Below are positions 41,487-51,267 of a stretch of 64,000 bases of DNA, piece by piece (the first letter of the stretch is position 1; each line of letters starts with the position of its first letter). The stretch comes from Acidobacteriota bacterium (lineage in GTDB: Bacteria; Acidobacteriota; UBA6911; RPQK01; JAJDTT01). Location of the stretch: contig OZ242374.1 in the NCBI GenBank assembly GCA_965209055.1, forward strand, positions 736,001 through 800,000, in the 5' to 3' direction. The position numbers and the translations under genes were made by a program. Under the pieces are notes generated by a model. It was not told the origin of the DNA. It made no database searches and saw only the letters and a program-made list of their open reading frames with translations.

Positions 41487-41556
41487 GAGGGGGGACAGTC
41501 TTGTCCCCCTCTTCATCTCCAGGGGCGGGGACAGTCTTGTCCCCCTCTTCATCTCC
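41483..41556 (+). repeat. Tandem 36-bp duplication of a GTAG-type REP palindrome
   Basis: GTAGGAGGGGGGACAGTCTTGTCCCCCTCTTCATCTCC followed by a near-identical copy. The GTAG supplies the DUF1501 stop codon. Confidence 0.8.
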
Positions 41557-41665
41557 GATCCGAAACCGTTGGCCGGGAAGTCTGTGCACCCAGATTCCCT
41601 TTTTCGGCCAGCATTGCGGGAGTCGGCGCGGGGTGGAGGCCTTCTTTCTGTCAAATAAGTCCGGG

Positions 41666-43552
41666 ATGAGAAGATCCTTCCTCCTGATCGCCCTGCTCTT
41701 GCTGAGTCTCCCCGCGAAGGCTCTCGCCCAGGACGAAAGCGCTGTGGCGGCCGGAGCTCCGCGCGCCCCCGTACGGGACGAAATGATGCGTCCCATCACG
41801 GCAGGAGGTTTCGTCGACGGAGCGCCCGTGGTCTTTTCCGACGCCACAGCCTCGAGCGGGCTGGACGGTTTCCTGCATAGCGCCGGATCGAAGGTGAAGC
41901 GGTTCCTGATGGAGGTCCCGTCCGGGGGAGTGGCCCTCTTCGACTACGACCGGGACGGGTGGTTGGACATCTACCTGGTCAACGGTTCCAGCTTCGAGGC
42001 GGTTCGTGGCCAGCAGGAACATCCGAGGGCGGCCCTCTATCGCAACAACGGGGACGGCACCTTCACCGACACCTCGGTGACGGCGGGAGTGGCCAACGAA
42101 GGTTGGGGTTTCGGCGCCGCCGTGGGGGACTACGACAACGACGGCTGGCCCGACCTGCACGTTTCCAACTTCGGTAAGGACCGGCTCTATCGAAACAACG
42201 GCGACGGGAGCTTCACCGACGTCACGGACCGGGCCGGGATCTCGATCCCGGGATGGTCGACGGCCGCTTCCTTCGGAGATTTCGATCGGGACGGAGATCT
42301 GGACCTTTTCGTCTGTGGATACCTGGAGTTTCCGCCATGCTCTGCGGCGGCAGACAACCCGCCGGAAGAATGTCTGCGGGACCGGAAAGCGGAGATGGAG
42401 ACGGCTCCGGAGATTCGGCTCTCGGAGGAGGCATTGGCCCGGTCCTTTTCCATGATTCCCAAGCACGCCTGCTCTTTTCGCGGAAAACAGGTCCTTTGCG
42501 GTCCCCTGGGACTCATCGGAATTCGCGACTTTCTCTTCCGCAACAACGGGGACGGCACCTTCACCGAGATCGCCGCCGCCGCCGGCGTCCACGATCCGAA
42601 CCGGTACTACGGGTTCGCCAGCACCTTCGTGGACGTGGACGGAGACCGTTGGGTGGACTTGGTGGTCGCCAACGATTCCAAACCCAACTATCTCTACCGG
42701 AACCGGGGGGACGGGACCTTCGAGGACATGAGCTATCCGTCCGGGTTCGCGTTCAACCAATATGCAAAAGCCCAGGCGGGAATGGGCCTGGCGGTGGGGG
42801 ACTACGACAACGACGGGCAGGTCGACTTCTATGTGACCAATTTCTCAGACGACCACAACACCCTCTACAAGAACGAAGGGGATAATTTTTTCCTGGATGT
42901 GACCTTCCAAGTGGGATTGGGCGAGGCTACATTTCCCTTTCTGGGGTGGGGAACCGGATTTCTGGACTATGACAACGACGGGTGGAAGGACCTGTTCGTG
43001 GCCAACGGACATATTTATGCGGCCGTGGATTCCTACGATTGGGGGACCACCTACTCGCAGCGGCCGCAACTTTTCCGAAACCTGGACGGAGAACGCTTCG
43101 AGGTGGTCCCTCCCGCCACGGGGAGCGGTCTGGCCGTCGTCGTCTCGGCCCGGGGAGCCGCCTTCGGCGACCTGAACAACGACGGGCGCGTCGACGTGGT
43201 GCTCAACTGTGCCGACGGCCCGCCGGTGGTCCTGAAAAACGAGGCCTCGACGACCGGGCATCACTGGTTGTCCCTGCGGCTGGTAGGCGGGGAAAAGAGC
43301 CCCCGCGACGCCATCGGGGCCACCGTCTTCGTGACCGCCGGCGGCCGGCGGCAGCGGGGGGACGTCATCAGCGGAGCCAGCTATTCCTCCTCCTCCGACT
43401 TTCGGCTGCACTTCGGACTGGGCCGAGCCGAAAAGGTCGAGTCGGTGGAAATCCTTTGGCCCAGCGGCCGGAGCCAGACTCTGTCTGATCTGCCCGTGGA
43501 CCGGATCATCACCATCCATGAGGGGCAGGGACCGACCCATTCAGGTAGTTGA
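41666..43552 (+). CDS. CRTAC1-family FG-GAP + ASPIC/UnbV protein
   Basis: Signal peptide MRRSFLLIALLL, FG-GAP repeats, and RDAIGA..LHFGLG..WPSG. Confidence 0.9.
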   Translation: MRRSFLLIALLLLSLPAKALAQDESAVAAGAPRAPVRDEMMRPITAGGFVDGAPVVFSDATASSGLDGFLHSAGSKVKRFLMEVPSGGVALFDYDRDGWLDIYLVNGSSFEAVRGQQEHPRAALYRNNGDGTFTDTSVTAGVANEGWGFGAAVGDYDNDGWPDLHVSNFGKDRLYRNNGDGSFTDVTDRAGISIPGWSTAASFGDFDRDGDLDLFVCGYLEFPPCSAAADNPPEECLRDRKAEMETAPEIRLSEEALARSFSMIPKHACSFRGKQVLCGPLGLIGIRDFLFRNNGDGTFTEIAAAAGVHDPNRYYGFASTFVDVDGDRWVDLVVANDSKPNYLYRNRGDGTFEDMSYPSGFAFNQYAKAQAGMGLAVGDYDNDGQVDFYVTNFSDDHNTLYKNEGDNFFLDVTFQVGLGEATFPFLGWGTGFLDYDNDGWKDLFVANGHIYAAVDSYDWGTTYSQRPQLFRNLDGERFEVVPPATGSGLAVVVSARGAAFGDLNNDGRVDVVLNCADGPPVVLKNEASTTGHHWLSLRLVGGEKSPRDAIGATVFVTAGGRRQRGDVISGASYSSSSDFRLHFGLGRAEKVESVEILWPSGRSQTLSDLPVDRIITIHEGQGPTHSGS

Positions 43553-43576
43553 GTCCGTGATCTCCGGAGAGGGTAC

Positions 43577-45259
43577 GTGATCCAAGACCGGGTGAGTTGG
43601 GTTGCCGTATCGTTGCTTTGGCTCGCTCCCGTAACCGGCGCGGCAGAAGAACCCGCCAGTCCCGGAATCGTCTTCGAGGAAGCCTCTTCCCGTTCCAGCG
43701 GCATCCGCTGGGTTCACGAGAACGCCATGTCTCCCCAGCGGCACTTGCCGGAGACGGTCGGTCCGGGGTGCGCCTTCTTCGACTACGACAATGACGGATG
43801 GATGGATCTGTACCTGGTCAATAGCGGGGTTTCCGATTTTTACGCGCCCCCGACGCCGCTCCGGAACGCCCTCTACCGCAACGACGGGGATGGGACCTTC
43901 ACCGACGTCACCGACGCAGCGGGAGTAGCAGGGGGTCGATTCGGAATGGGCGTGGCGGTGGCCGACTACGATGGCGACGGCTGGCAGGACCTCTACGTCA
44001 CGAACTACGGGCCCAACTATCTCTATCGAAATAACGGCGACGGAAGCTTCTCGGAGGTGGCCCGGGATGCGGGGGTCCGGGCTCCCGGCTGGTCCACCAG
44101 CGGGGTCTGGTTCGACTACAACGGTGACGGGAGGTTGGACCTGTTCGTCTGCAGCTTCGTCCGTTACGACGAGTCCCTCAGCAAGCTCTGCTTCGATCAC
44201 CTGCGGAAACGGACCTACTACTGCCTGCCGACCCTCTTCGATCCCACTTCCAGTCATCTTTTTCGCAATGACGGCAACGGCCGCTTCACCGACGTCAGCC
44301 GGGAATCAGGGATCGCCGGGCACCCGGGCAAGGCGTTCGGCGTGGTGGCCACCGACGTGAACGACGACGGGTATCTGGACCTGTTCGTTGCCAACGACAC
44401 AGTGGCGGACTTTCTCTTCGTGAACCAGGGAGACGGGACCTTCCGGGAGATGGGCCTCTGGGCCGGAGTCGCGTTCGACGACGGCGGCAAGCCGCGCTCC
44501 GGCATGGGCGTGGATGCCACCGACTACGACGGCGACGGCCGGCAGGATCTCTTCGTCTCCAACATCGACCACGAAGTATTCAGCCTCTACCGGAATCAGG
44601 GGGACCTGACCTTCACCGACGAAGCGGCCGACGTGGGGAAATTGACTTGGTTGCTGAGCGGGTGGGGATTGCGCTTTTTCGATGCGGACAACGATGGTGA
44701 CGACGACCTGTTCCTGGCCAACGGCCACCCGGACGACATGGTGGAAGAGTTCCGCCCGAGCCTGGGGTATCGGGAACCCCTCCTCTACTTCGAGAACGTC
44801 TCCGGCCACTTCCGCGACCGTAGCGGCCAATCGGGCGCCGTCTTTTCTCGCGAATTTTCGGCCCGGGGTCTGGCCACGGGAGACGTGGACAACGACGGTG
44901 ATCCGGACCTGATCATCACCGACAACGGCGGACCGCCCGTGCTTCTCCTGAACCGCGGAGGCAACCGCAACCGTTGGGTCGGCCTCGATCTGATTCCCCG
45001 CCAAGGCCAAACCGCTGTAGGCGCCCTCATCACCTGGTCGGCCGCAGGTGTCGAGCGCCGCCGCTTGAAAAGGGCCGGTGGAAGCTACCTCTCCTCCAGC
45101 GATCCCCGGGAGATCCTGGGTCTCGGCGTAGCCAAAACTCTCGACTGGGTGCAGGTCCATTGGCCCAGCGGCGTCAAGACCAAGCTGACCGGGCTCCAAC
45201 CGAACCAATACCACAAGATCAACGAGTCGGCAGGAGGGGGGACTGTTAGTCCCCCGTGA
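43577..45259 (+). CDS. CRTAC1-family FG-GAP + ASPIC/UnbV protein
   Basis: Signal peptide, FG-GAP repeats and [20 protein letters not shown]. The last codons lie in a REP. Confidence 0.9.
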   Translation: MIQDRVSWVAVSLLWLAPVTGAAEEPASPGIVFEEASSRSSGIRWVHENAMSPQRHLPETVGPGCAFFDYDNDGWMDLYLVNSGVSDFYAPPTPLRNALYRNDGDGTFTDVTDAAGVAGGRFGMGVAVADYDGDGWQDLYVTNYGPNYLYRNNGDGSFSEVARDAGVRAPGWSTSGVWFDYNGDGRLDLFVCSFVRYDESLSKLCFDHLRKRTYYCLPTLFDPTSSHLFRNDGNGRFTDVSRESGIAGHPGKAFGVVATDVNDDGYLDLFVANDTVADFLFVNQGDGTFREMGLWAGVAFDDGGKPRSGMGVDATDYDGDGRQDLFVSNIDHEVFSLYRNQGDLTFTDEAADVGKLTWLLSGWGLRFFDADNDGDDDLFLANGHPDDMVEEFRPSLGYREPLLYFENVSGHFRDRSGQSGAVFSREFSARGLATGDVDNDGDPDLIITDNGGPPVLLLNRGGNRNRWVGLDLIPRQGQTAVGALITWSAAGVERRRLKRAGGSYLSSSDPREILGLGVAKTLDWVQVHWPSGVKTKLTGLQPNQYHKINESAGGGTVSPP

Positions 45260-45276
45260 CGCGGGGGTTAACAACC
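45230..45276. repeat. REP doublet; the second arm is interrupted by the IS4 element and completed at 46636-46657
   Basis: GCAGGAGGGGGGACTGTTAGTCCCCCG-TGACG-CGGGGGTTAACAACC[IS]CCCGCTCCTAC. Confidence 0.75.
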
Positions 45277-46635
45277 CATAAGCGCTAACTTGTTTAATGG
45301 TCCATAAAATATCTGCAGACTTGACTGAACCTTTTTCGGGGAGGTTCTGCCAAGGACGCCGAGATTTCGTGCCATTCGTCGACCATGCGGGTCAGGGAAT
45401 ACGCCGGCTCAATGGCTCGCGTGACCTGGTTCAAAGCGAATTTGAACTCACGCCACGGGCTGCGAGTCCGGTCGGATCGCGACATCGTATCCCCAGGGGG
45501 AAATGGTTCGCGCATGGCGGAGCACCTTTTCGACCAGGAGCGCCACCAACAGCTTGCCGTACAACCAAGCCTGGGCACTTGCCTCATCGTGCTTCGGGAG
45601 GTGGCCGAGTTGGGCCAGGGACTTGAAGCGCTTGAAGACCAGCTCAACTTGCCAGCGCAGGCGGTACCACTCCAGCACCTCGGCGGCTGGGAACTCCTCG
45701 GCTGGGTAGGTGGTGAAAACGATGACGTAGCGCGCGAACCGCAGAGTTTCCGGCTGCACCCGTTTGCCCTTGCGCCGAGCCGTCCGGCGGATCTTTCGAT
45801 GCGCGACTTCAATGGCCTCGTCGGTCTTGCGCACCGCGCAGATGCGGCCCACTACGGGGGGGCCGGCCCGAGCGACGGTGCGGACCCTCCAACTGCCGAC
45901 CGGCCCCGGTCGGAGTAGCGTTTCCACCGATGTGAGCAGGTCGAACCTCCGGCCAGCCTCGGTTTCCAGCAACAGCGATCGGGTGTTCACGCGCACCGTC
46001 ACGTACCCTCCGCCTGCCGCGACGTGCTGAATCCCGATCGCCGTCGAGTAACCGCGGTCGCCCAGCACGTAATCGCCCGGCCGAATCGGGAAATGGGTGA
46101 ACGACTCGCCGGTGCCGCGCCCCTTGGTCGCGGTTAGCTTGAAGAAATCGCAGCCGAGCGACGGGAGGTTCACACTGTAGTGAAGGCGCCACAGCGACCC
46201 GGTCCGTCCCGGCTCGTGCACCGTCGTCCCATCGAACGCCCGCACTTGCAAGCCGCCACTGTTCGAAACCACGAGACCATGCTCCCGGAACAGTTCCACG
46301 CACAGCGCGTAGAGCCAGTCGCGGGATTTCCTCAGCCGCTTGAGCAGCGCCACGTCGGATAAATCGGCCAAGTTCGCTTGCCGAGCCCGCACGACGGTTT
46401 CGCGCAAGGAATGCCCGCAGCCGAGATGGATCAGCAGGGTCCGCAACAGGTTTTCCGGTGACTTGTCCTTGCGCAGGCCCTTCAAGGCCCCGGTCGAAGC
46501 CGCCAACTCCCGCCAATTGTCGGGGAAAAACGACATCAGCAAGTCCCAGTCCTCATTCGCAGCCGCCTTGACTACCGTTCTGCTCATGCCCACACTATAC
46601 AAGATAGCGGTTAGGCAAACAAGTTAGCTCTTATG
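45277..46635 (-). mobile_element. Complete IS4-family insertion sequence (1359 bp)
   Basis: 19-bp terminal inverted repeats CATAAG(C/A)GCTAACTTGTTT with 1 mismatch, and an 11-bp target duplication GGTTAACAACC at 45266-45276 and 46636-46646. Confidence 0.9.
45448..46587 (-). CDS. IS4-family DDE transposase
   Basis: AFDGT, LGDRGY and the YREK-type motif YRLRWQVELVFKRFKS. Confidence 0.9.
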   Translation of the reverse strand: MSRTVVKAAANEDWDLLMSFFPDNWRELAASTGALKGLRKDKSPENLLRTLLIHLGCGHSLRETVVRARQANLADLSDVALLKRLRKSRDWLYALCVELFREHGLVVSNSGGLQVRAFDGTTVHEPGRTGSLWRLHYSVNLPSLGCDFFKLTATKGRGTGESFTHFPIRPGDYVLGDRGYSTAIGIQHVAAGGGYVTVRVNTRSLLLETEAGRRFDLLTSVETLLRPGPVGSWRVRTVARAGPPVVGRICAVRKTDEAIEVAHRKIRRTARRKGKRVQPETLRFARYVIVFTTYPAEEFPAAEVLEWYRLRWQVELVFKRFKSLAQLGHLPKHDEASAQAWLYGKLLVALLVEKVLRHARTISPWGYDVAIRPDSQPVA

Positions 46636-46711
46636 GGTTAACAACCCCCGCTCCTACTTCGTCGATATTCGTGGGTGATCGTTAGGATTGTTGTGCCGAC
46701 CCCGACGAAAA

Positions 46712-46995
46712 CGTGGGGGTTGGAAAACCCCCACTCCTATTTCGACCACCACGGCGAGGTCGACGTCACCAAAAACCGCCTTCCCCATTGGTAGCAACGA
46801 AACGTCTTCGTCACTTGGCGGCTGGGAGACTCGCTTCCACGAACGGTTCCCACGACGAATCGAAGACGGATTGGACCCGGGAAGCGGTTCCTGCGTGCTG
46901 AAGGATCCGGCGCTGGCAGGTGTCGTGGCCGAATACATCCGCGAGAATCCGACGAGGGCCGGATTGCGTGATGGCCAGTTCATACTCTTCGAGAC
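46712..46995 (+). pseudogene. REP-associated tyrosine transposase (RAYT/Y1) remnant with a REP at its 5' end
   Basis: Frame pieces KNRLPHW*QRNVFVTWRLGDSLP and LDPGSGSCVLKDP..YIRENPTRAGL, with a stop, a frameshift and loss of the HUH region. REP ATAGGAGTGGGGGTTTTCCAACCCCCAC on - at 46712-46740. Confidence 0.65.
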
Positions 46996-47009
46996 CGTTG
47001 GGAGGGGGA

Positions 47010-47048
47010 CTGTTAGTCCGGTGCTCTGTCCAACTGAGCTACGGGATT
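47010..47048 (-). other. tRNA 5'-half-like sequence (Arg-like D-loop) at the att site; not a complete tRNA
   Basis: AATCCCG-TA-GCTC-AGTTGGACA-GAGC-A-CCGGA-CTAACAG gives an acceptor strand, D-arm and 5' anticodon stem. There is no T-arm. Confidence 0.65.
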
Positions 47049-47068
47049 GATCCTTTCCTTTCAACAGG

Positions 47069-50000
47069 TTATCCCGATGCTCCTCTCAAATCGTTCGTCC
47101 TATTTCCTCCCCGTTGCCTGTTTGTTGCCGGTCGCATTTGTGAGTCTTCGGTAGCCTGTGCCTCCCGTATGCTGGCCAGCGCATGCGAACTGACGTACCC
47201 CGCGTAGCGCATCGTCGTGCTGATCGCCGAGTGTCCCATCAGCTTCTGCACCGTCCTTACGTCCACCCCCTGCATCAGCCAGTGGCTGCACCGGAATCGC
47301 CTCAGATCGTGAAATCCGACCTTCAACCCCACCCGCTCGGCGGCTCGGCGCAATGGCTTGTCCGGATTCACCCATCTCGTGCCGGTCCGGGTGTTGACAA
47401 AGACATATGGGGTGCTCAGGTAGCGAACCAGCCCGACCAGATATCCAGCCGCGTACTTCGAGAGTGGAATCTCCCTCGGCTCGTCGTCCTTGGTGAACTC
47501 CACCCATAACAGCCTCCGGGATAGGTCCACCCGTTTCCAGGTGAGCGACAACGCTTCGCCTTTCCGAATCCCCGTCTCGCCGATCACCGCAACCATGGCT
47601 TGCAGGTAAGGGTTGTCCATCGCCTCGACCAGGTCGCGGAACTGTTGAACCGTCAAAGGCCGGAAGACCTTCTTGGGTTCTTTGAGTTTGGGGAACCGAA
47701 CCAGCGGGTGCGTGTCCACTTCCCCGCACTCCAGCGCGTAGGAAAACAGCTTGCTGATGGCGGCAATGTCGCGGTTCACCGTGGCCGGCTGCACTTGCTT
47801 CTTCCTCCGGGCGACGTAGCGGTACAGGTCCTTGCGTTGGAACTCCTTCAGGGGAATGTTCCCCAGCACGGCGTTGAGGCTCTTGAACGAGAGCGCGTAG
47901 CGACGGCGGGAGCGCATGCGAGGTTTGCAATACTCCTCGAAGAAACGCTCGTAGAAGCTCCGTACCGTCCAGACGGTGCGATTCCCGCCGGCGAGCTCCT
48001 CCTTGAGCTGCTTCCAGGTGCCGTCCAGGATGCTGGACTCGATTCGTGTTTGAAGCGCCTGCGCGCTCCGGTAGTTGGGGGCGTACATTCGGAGCCGACC
48101 GGATCCGTTCGGCCAGTACTTGCTGACGACGTACCGTCGTCTCCCCCGGCGATCCTTCACCTTGTGTCGCGGTAGGAACGGCGGTTTCCCTCCGCCCCCC
48201 GCACAGATCCGTGCGTGCCCGTTAGGGCACACGGCTCCTGCCTTGGGTCGTTACGGTGAGCCGTTCGCTCGGCCACGGGTGGCGAATCGTCACCGACGGC
48301 CAGAGAAGCTTGGCCATCTTTCGGAGCCGTCTCCACGTGAAGCGCGCTCGCTGCGACCGGCGGCGCAACACCCGCATCCACTGCTCTCGCAGCCGATATC
48401 GAAAGCCTTGCAGCCATCGTCCACTTCCGGGGACCGCAAAGTAGTTGAGCCAGCCGTTCAATACGCGGCCCAACCATTTCCCGACCTCCCAGATGTCGTC
48501 GTGCCGGCGTCTTCGCAGCCTCTCCCCCACCCGTTTCAGGGTTCGTTGCATCCGCTTCGCACTCGGTTTCCGCCCCAGCCGGAACCGCCCCTTCCGGGTC
48601 TTCGCACAGTAGTGCGTGAAGCCCAGGAAATCGAACGTTTCCGGTTTCCGCGCCCCGCGTCGCCGCCGATCCGCTGCCGCAAATCGCCCGAACTCCACCA
48701 GTCGCGTCTTTTCCGGGTGCAGTTCCAGTCCGAACTCGGCGCACCGTTCCCCCAGGTCTCGGAGAAACCGCTCCGCGTCTGCCCGCTTCTCGAATCCGGC
48801 CACGAAGTCGTCCGCATACCGCACCAGGATCGCCTCGCCTTTCGGGACTCGTGGACGCCATTTCCGATGGAACCACTGGTCCAGCACGTAGTGCAGGTAC
48901 ACATTTGCCAGCACCGGGGAGACGATGGAGCCCTGAGGCGTCCCTTTCCCCGTGTCCGACCGGGTCCCTTCTTCCATCACTCCCGCGTTCAGCCACTTGG
49001 TCAGGAGCCGCAACACCCGCCGGTCCCCGATCCGATGTTCCACGAACCGGATCATCCAGTCCCGGTCGATCGCATCGAAAAACGTTCGGATGTCCGCGTC
49101 CACGATCCAATTGACTTTCCGCCGTTCGATCCCGTAGGCCAGGGCATCCAGCGCGTCATGCGCCTTCCGTCCGGGCCGGAACCCGTAGCTGAGCCCGAGA
49201 AACTCCGCCTCATAGATCGGCGTCAGGAGCTCGTCCACCACGGCCTTCTGGAGGATCTTGTCCTCCAGTGCCGCGATCCCGAGCGGTCGTGTCCGTCCGT
49301 CCGGCTTGGGGATTCTCACCCGCCGGACGGGAGGCGCCCGGTACGCGCCCCGGTGCACGCGGCGATGCAGGTCCAGCAGTCGCTCTTCCAGCTTCGCCCC
49401 GTACTCCTCCCACCGCACTCCGTCGATTCCCGGGGCCGCATCCTTCCTCAGTCCGAGGTAGGCGCGGCGCAAGGCCTCCACGGTGATATGGTGCAACAGC
49501 GCGGTCAGTCGCTCCTTGGGGTTTCTCGCTATGGCTCGCCGTATCCGGTCCGCCGCTTGGGACACGCTCCCCCGACTCTGCGTCCGGCGCGTGCTTTGGC
49601 ACACCGAATTCCCCTTGGCTTCATCCCTTCGCTCCACCGGCTCCGCCGAGGGTTCCCCCTCTTTGTTCGCCCGCTTCATCGCTACTATGGATGAATCCGA
49701 CTGCTTCGTTTCGTCCATCATGAGGTTCGGTTTGCTCCTTTCTCATGCGGCCCTGGCTCGACCACCGGAGCGAAATGAAGCCCTCCCAGGTCCCGACACA
49801 AGACGTACGTGCGTGCTTGGGTTCCTAGACACCGCGGTGTCCGTCTGTCCCTCACCTTCCCGGTCCAGCCGGTGTTGCCTTCGACCGCATCCACAGCCTC
49901 GGCACTTCCGTTCCTGCATGTTTCGATGCTCAATAGCCCCGCCCACACGCGCCGCTGCCGACGCTTCGCCGACACCCTCACGGGTGCCAACGCACGGCTC

Positions 50001-50087
50001 GCGGAGAAACGTGGATGGTTAGTCCTTCGTTTCAGCGGACTTTCACCGCTTGTCTTGTGCCAGTTAGCCTGGCGCACAGATGCCCAT
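47069..50087 (-). CDS. Tyrosine recombinase/integrase, two exons (50087-50078 and 48165-47069), 368 aa after splicing
   Basis: SD AAGGAGG, then ATG GGC ATC T|AC AAG GTG AAG = MGIYKVKDRRG. Catalytic motifs TGIRKGE, HDLRR, LMGH and TTMRY are intact. Confidence 0.85.
48166..50077 (-). mobile_element. Group II intron (IIB-like) inserted in the integrase gene
   Basis: 5' end GTGCG; domain V GAGCCGTGTGCCCTAACGGGCACGCACGGATC; 3' end CCTACCGCGAC. EBS1 GGAUGC and EBS2 CAUGCA are complementary to the 5' exon. Confidence 0.92.
48222..49721 (-). CDS. ltrA: Group II intron reverse transcriptase/maturase (no endonuclease domain)
   Basis: AAPGIDG, RPLGI, SYGFRPGR, GTPQG, YADD, FDFLGF and GWLNYF. Confidence 0.95.
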   Translation of the reverse strand: MMDETKQSDSSIVAMKRANKEGEPSAEPVERRDEAKGNSVCQSTRRTQSRGSVSQAADRIRRAIARNPKERLTALLHHITVEALRRAYLGLRKDAAPGIDGVRWEEYGAKLEERLLDLHRRVHRGAYRAPPVRRVRIPKPDGRTRPLGIAALEDKILQKAVVDELLTPIYEAEFLGLSYGFRPGRKAHDALDALAYGIERRKVNWIVDADIRTFFDAIDRDWMIRFVEHRIGDRRVLRLLTKWLNAGVMEEGTRSDTGKGTPQGSIVSPVLANVYLHYVLDQWFHRKWRPRVPKGEAILVRYADDFVAGFEKRADAERFLRDLGERCAEFGLELHPEKTRLVEFGRFAAADRRRRGARKPETFDFLGFTHYCAKTRKGRFRLGRKPSAKRMQRTLKRVGERLRRRRHDDIWEVGKWLGRVLNGWLNYFAVPGSGRWLQGFRYRLREQWMRVLRRRSQRARFTWRRLRKMAKLLWPSVTIRHPWPSERLTVTTQGRSRVP

Positions 50088-50153
50088 GCATCTCCTCCTT
50101 TCTGGATCCGGGTTCTTCGCCGTGGGGCGAATCGTACCACGGCTCCAGAGAAC

Positions 50154-50237
50154 GGACCGGTGGGACCTGTCCCCCCAGACCCCCCAGTGGCGCCAGAACC
50201 CGCGCCGGATCACCATTCCGGCGCTGAACCGGGCGCT
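50154..50237 (+). repeat. 84-bp imperfect inverted repeat, left copy
   Basis: Ungapped match (65/84 by manual alignment) to the reverse complement of 51147-51230, including an identical core GGACCTGTCCCCCCAGACCCCCC. Confidence 0.8.
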
Positions 50238-50676
50238 TTTATTTGTCGCGTCCCATAAGAATGGGTCCCTCGCGCAGGATTCCCGCCGCGTCTCTCGCAG
50301 GCTTCCCGGTCGGAGCAAATCTGTCCCCGGCCGAGGTGTCGCTTGAAACCCCCTCAGGCGGGAATTCTCGTGAGATCGTGAAAAAACAAGCCCGCCATCG
50401 GGCCTGTGTTGGCCCGCCGCAGCCGGACGAAGGGTTAGGTATAGGCCCCGGAGCGTCGTCCAGAAGCCTCCGGCGCGGCGCGGGGAAACAGGCAATTCTC
50501 AGCACGGGCGCAGCCCGTTAGGTAGTCCGTGAGATCCGGAGCTCGGGCGATCGGCAAGACGCGATCCTGCTTCCGGAACTCAGCCTGATGGTGAAGACGG
50601 CTGACGTCATCCGATCTTCGTGAGTAGAATCTGATGGAAGTGGGTCAATCGAAAGCAGGCCAAGGAGGCAAAGCAG

Positions 50677-50805
50677 ATGCGCTCAGACCACACCCCCCCC
50701 ACCATGCTCAGGATGGTCGTTGCCGTCGTCATCGGACTGATTGTGTTCGAGGTGGTGGCGGCGCTGTATCAGGTCGTCGCCGGGTTCTTTCTGGCGGCTT
50801 TCTGA
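50677..50805 (+). CDS. Small hydrophobic membrane peptide (42 aa), unknown function
   Basis: AAGGAGG 8 nt upstream of ATG; translates as MRSDHTPPTMLRMVVAVVIGLIVFEVVAALYQVVAGFFLAAF. Shorter than any ORF in the supplied track. Confidence 0.55.
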   Translation: MRSDHTPPTMLRMVVAVVIGLIVFEVVAALYQVVAGFFLAAF

Positions 50806-51146
50806 CGTCTTGCCGGGTTTTCGGCCCCAAGAGCAATCCAAAATCACGGCGATGGTAGCCGGTCGGGCCAAGGGTTCCACCTCGATGGCCAGGCCGACAT
50901 GGAAAGCGTCCTCGGTTCTGGCGATCCAGGGGAGAAAGTAAATTGCACCGGTGGGGCTGGGGGCTTGAGAGATCGGTGGCAACACTGAACTGGAGGCAAA
51001 ACGACGCACCCTGTGGGAAATCTCTGATTTTCCACAGGGTGGGGAGGTTCGTTGAGACGAAGCTCGATCCCTCTTTGGAGAGTTCTTTGGTGGGTATGTG
51101 TCTCTTCGCATCCGGGGGGTTCGGGGGGGCTGGCCCCACCGCTACG

Positions 51147-51230
51147 AGCGTCAGGTTCACGGTCGGCTTGGTGTGCCGAACGGGGTTCAGGCGCACCAGG
51201 GGGGTCTGGGGGGACAGGTCCACCCGGTCC
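51147..51230 (-). repeat. 84-bp imperfect inverted repeat, right copy
   Basis: Partner of 50154-50237. Confidence 0.8.
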
Positions 51231-51267
51231 TCGGTCTTCTTCCGGGCCTTCCCGCAGGGAGAATTGA

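Noticed and set aside
41483-41556. 36-bp repeats as a CRISPR array
   Set aside because: There are only two abutting copies with no spacer and no cas genes. They belong to the REP family.
47010-47048. Functional tRNA gene (apparent anticodon AAC)
   Set aside because: There is no T-arm or 3' acceptor strand, and the loop sequence derives from the att/REP core.
48166-48232. ORF-track N-terminus of the integrase (MCPNGHARICAGGGGKPPFLPR)
   Set aside because: It is translated intron domain V/VI. The true start with an SD is at 50087, beyond the intron.
48222-49721. RT as a retron, DGR or defence RT
   Set aside because: It has a maturase domain, complete group II intron ends and EBS/IBS pairing. 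No template/variable repeat pair or msr-msd was seen.
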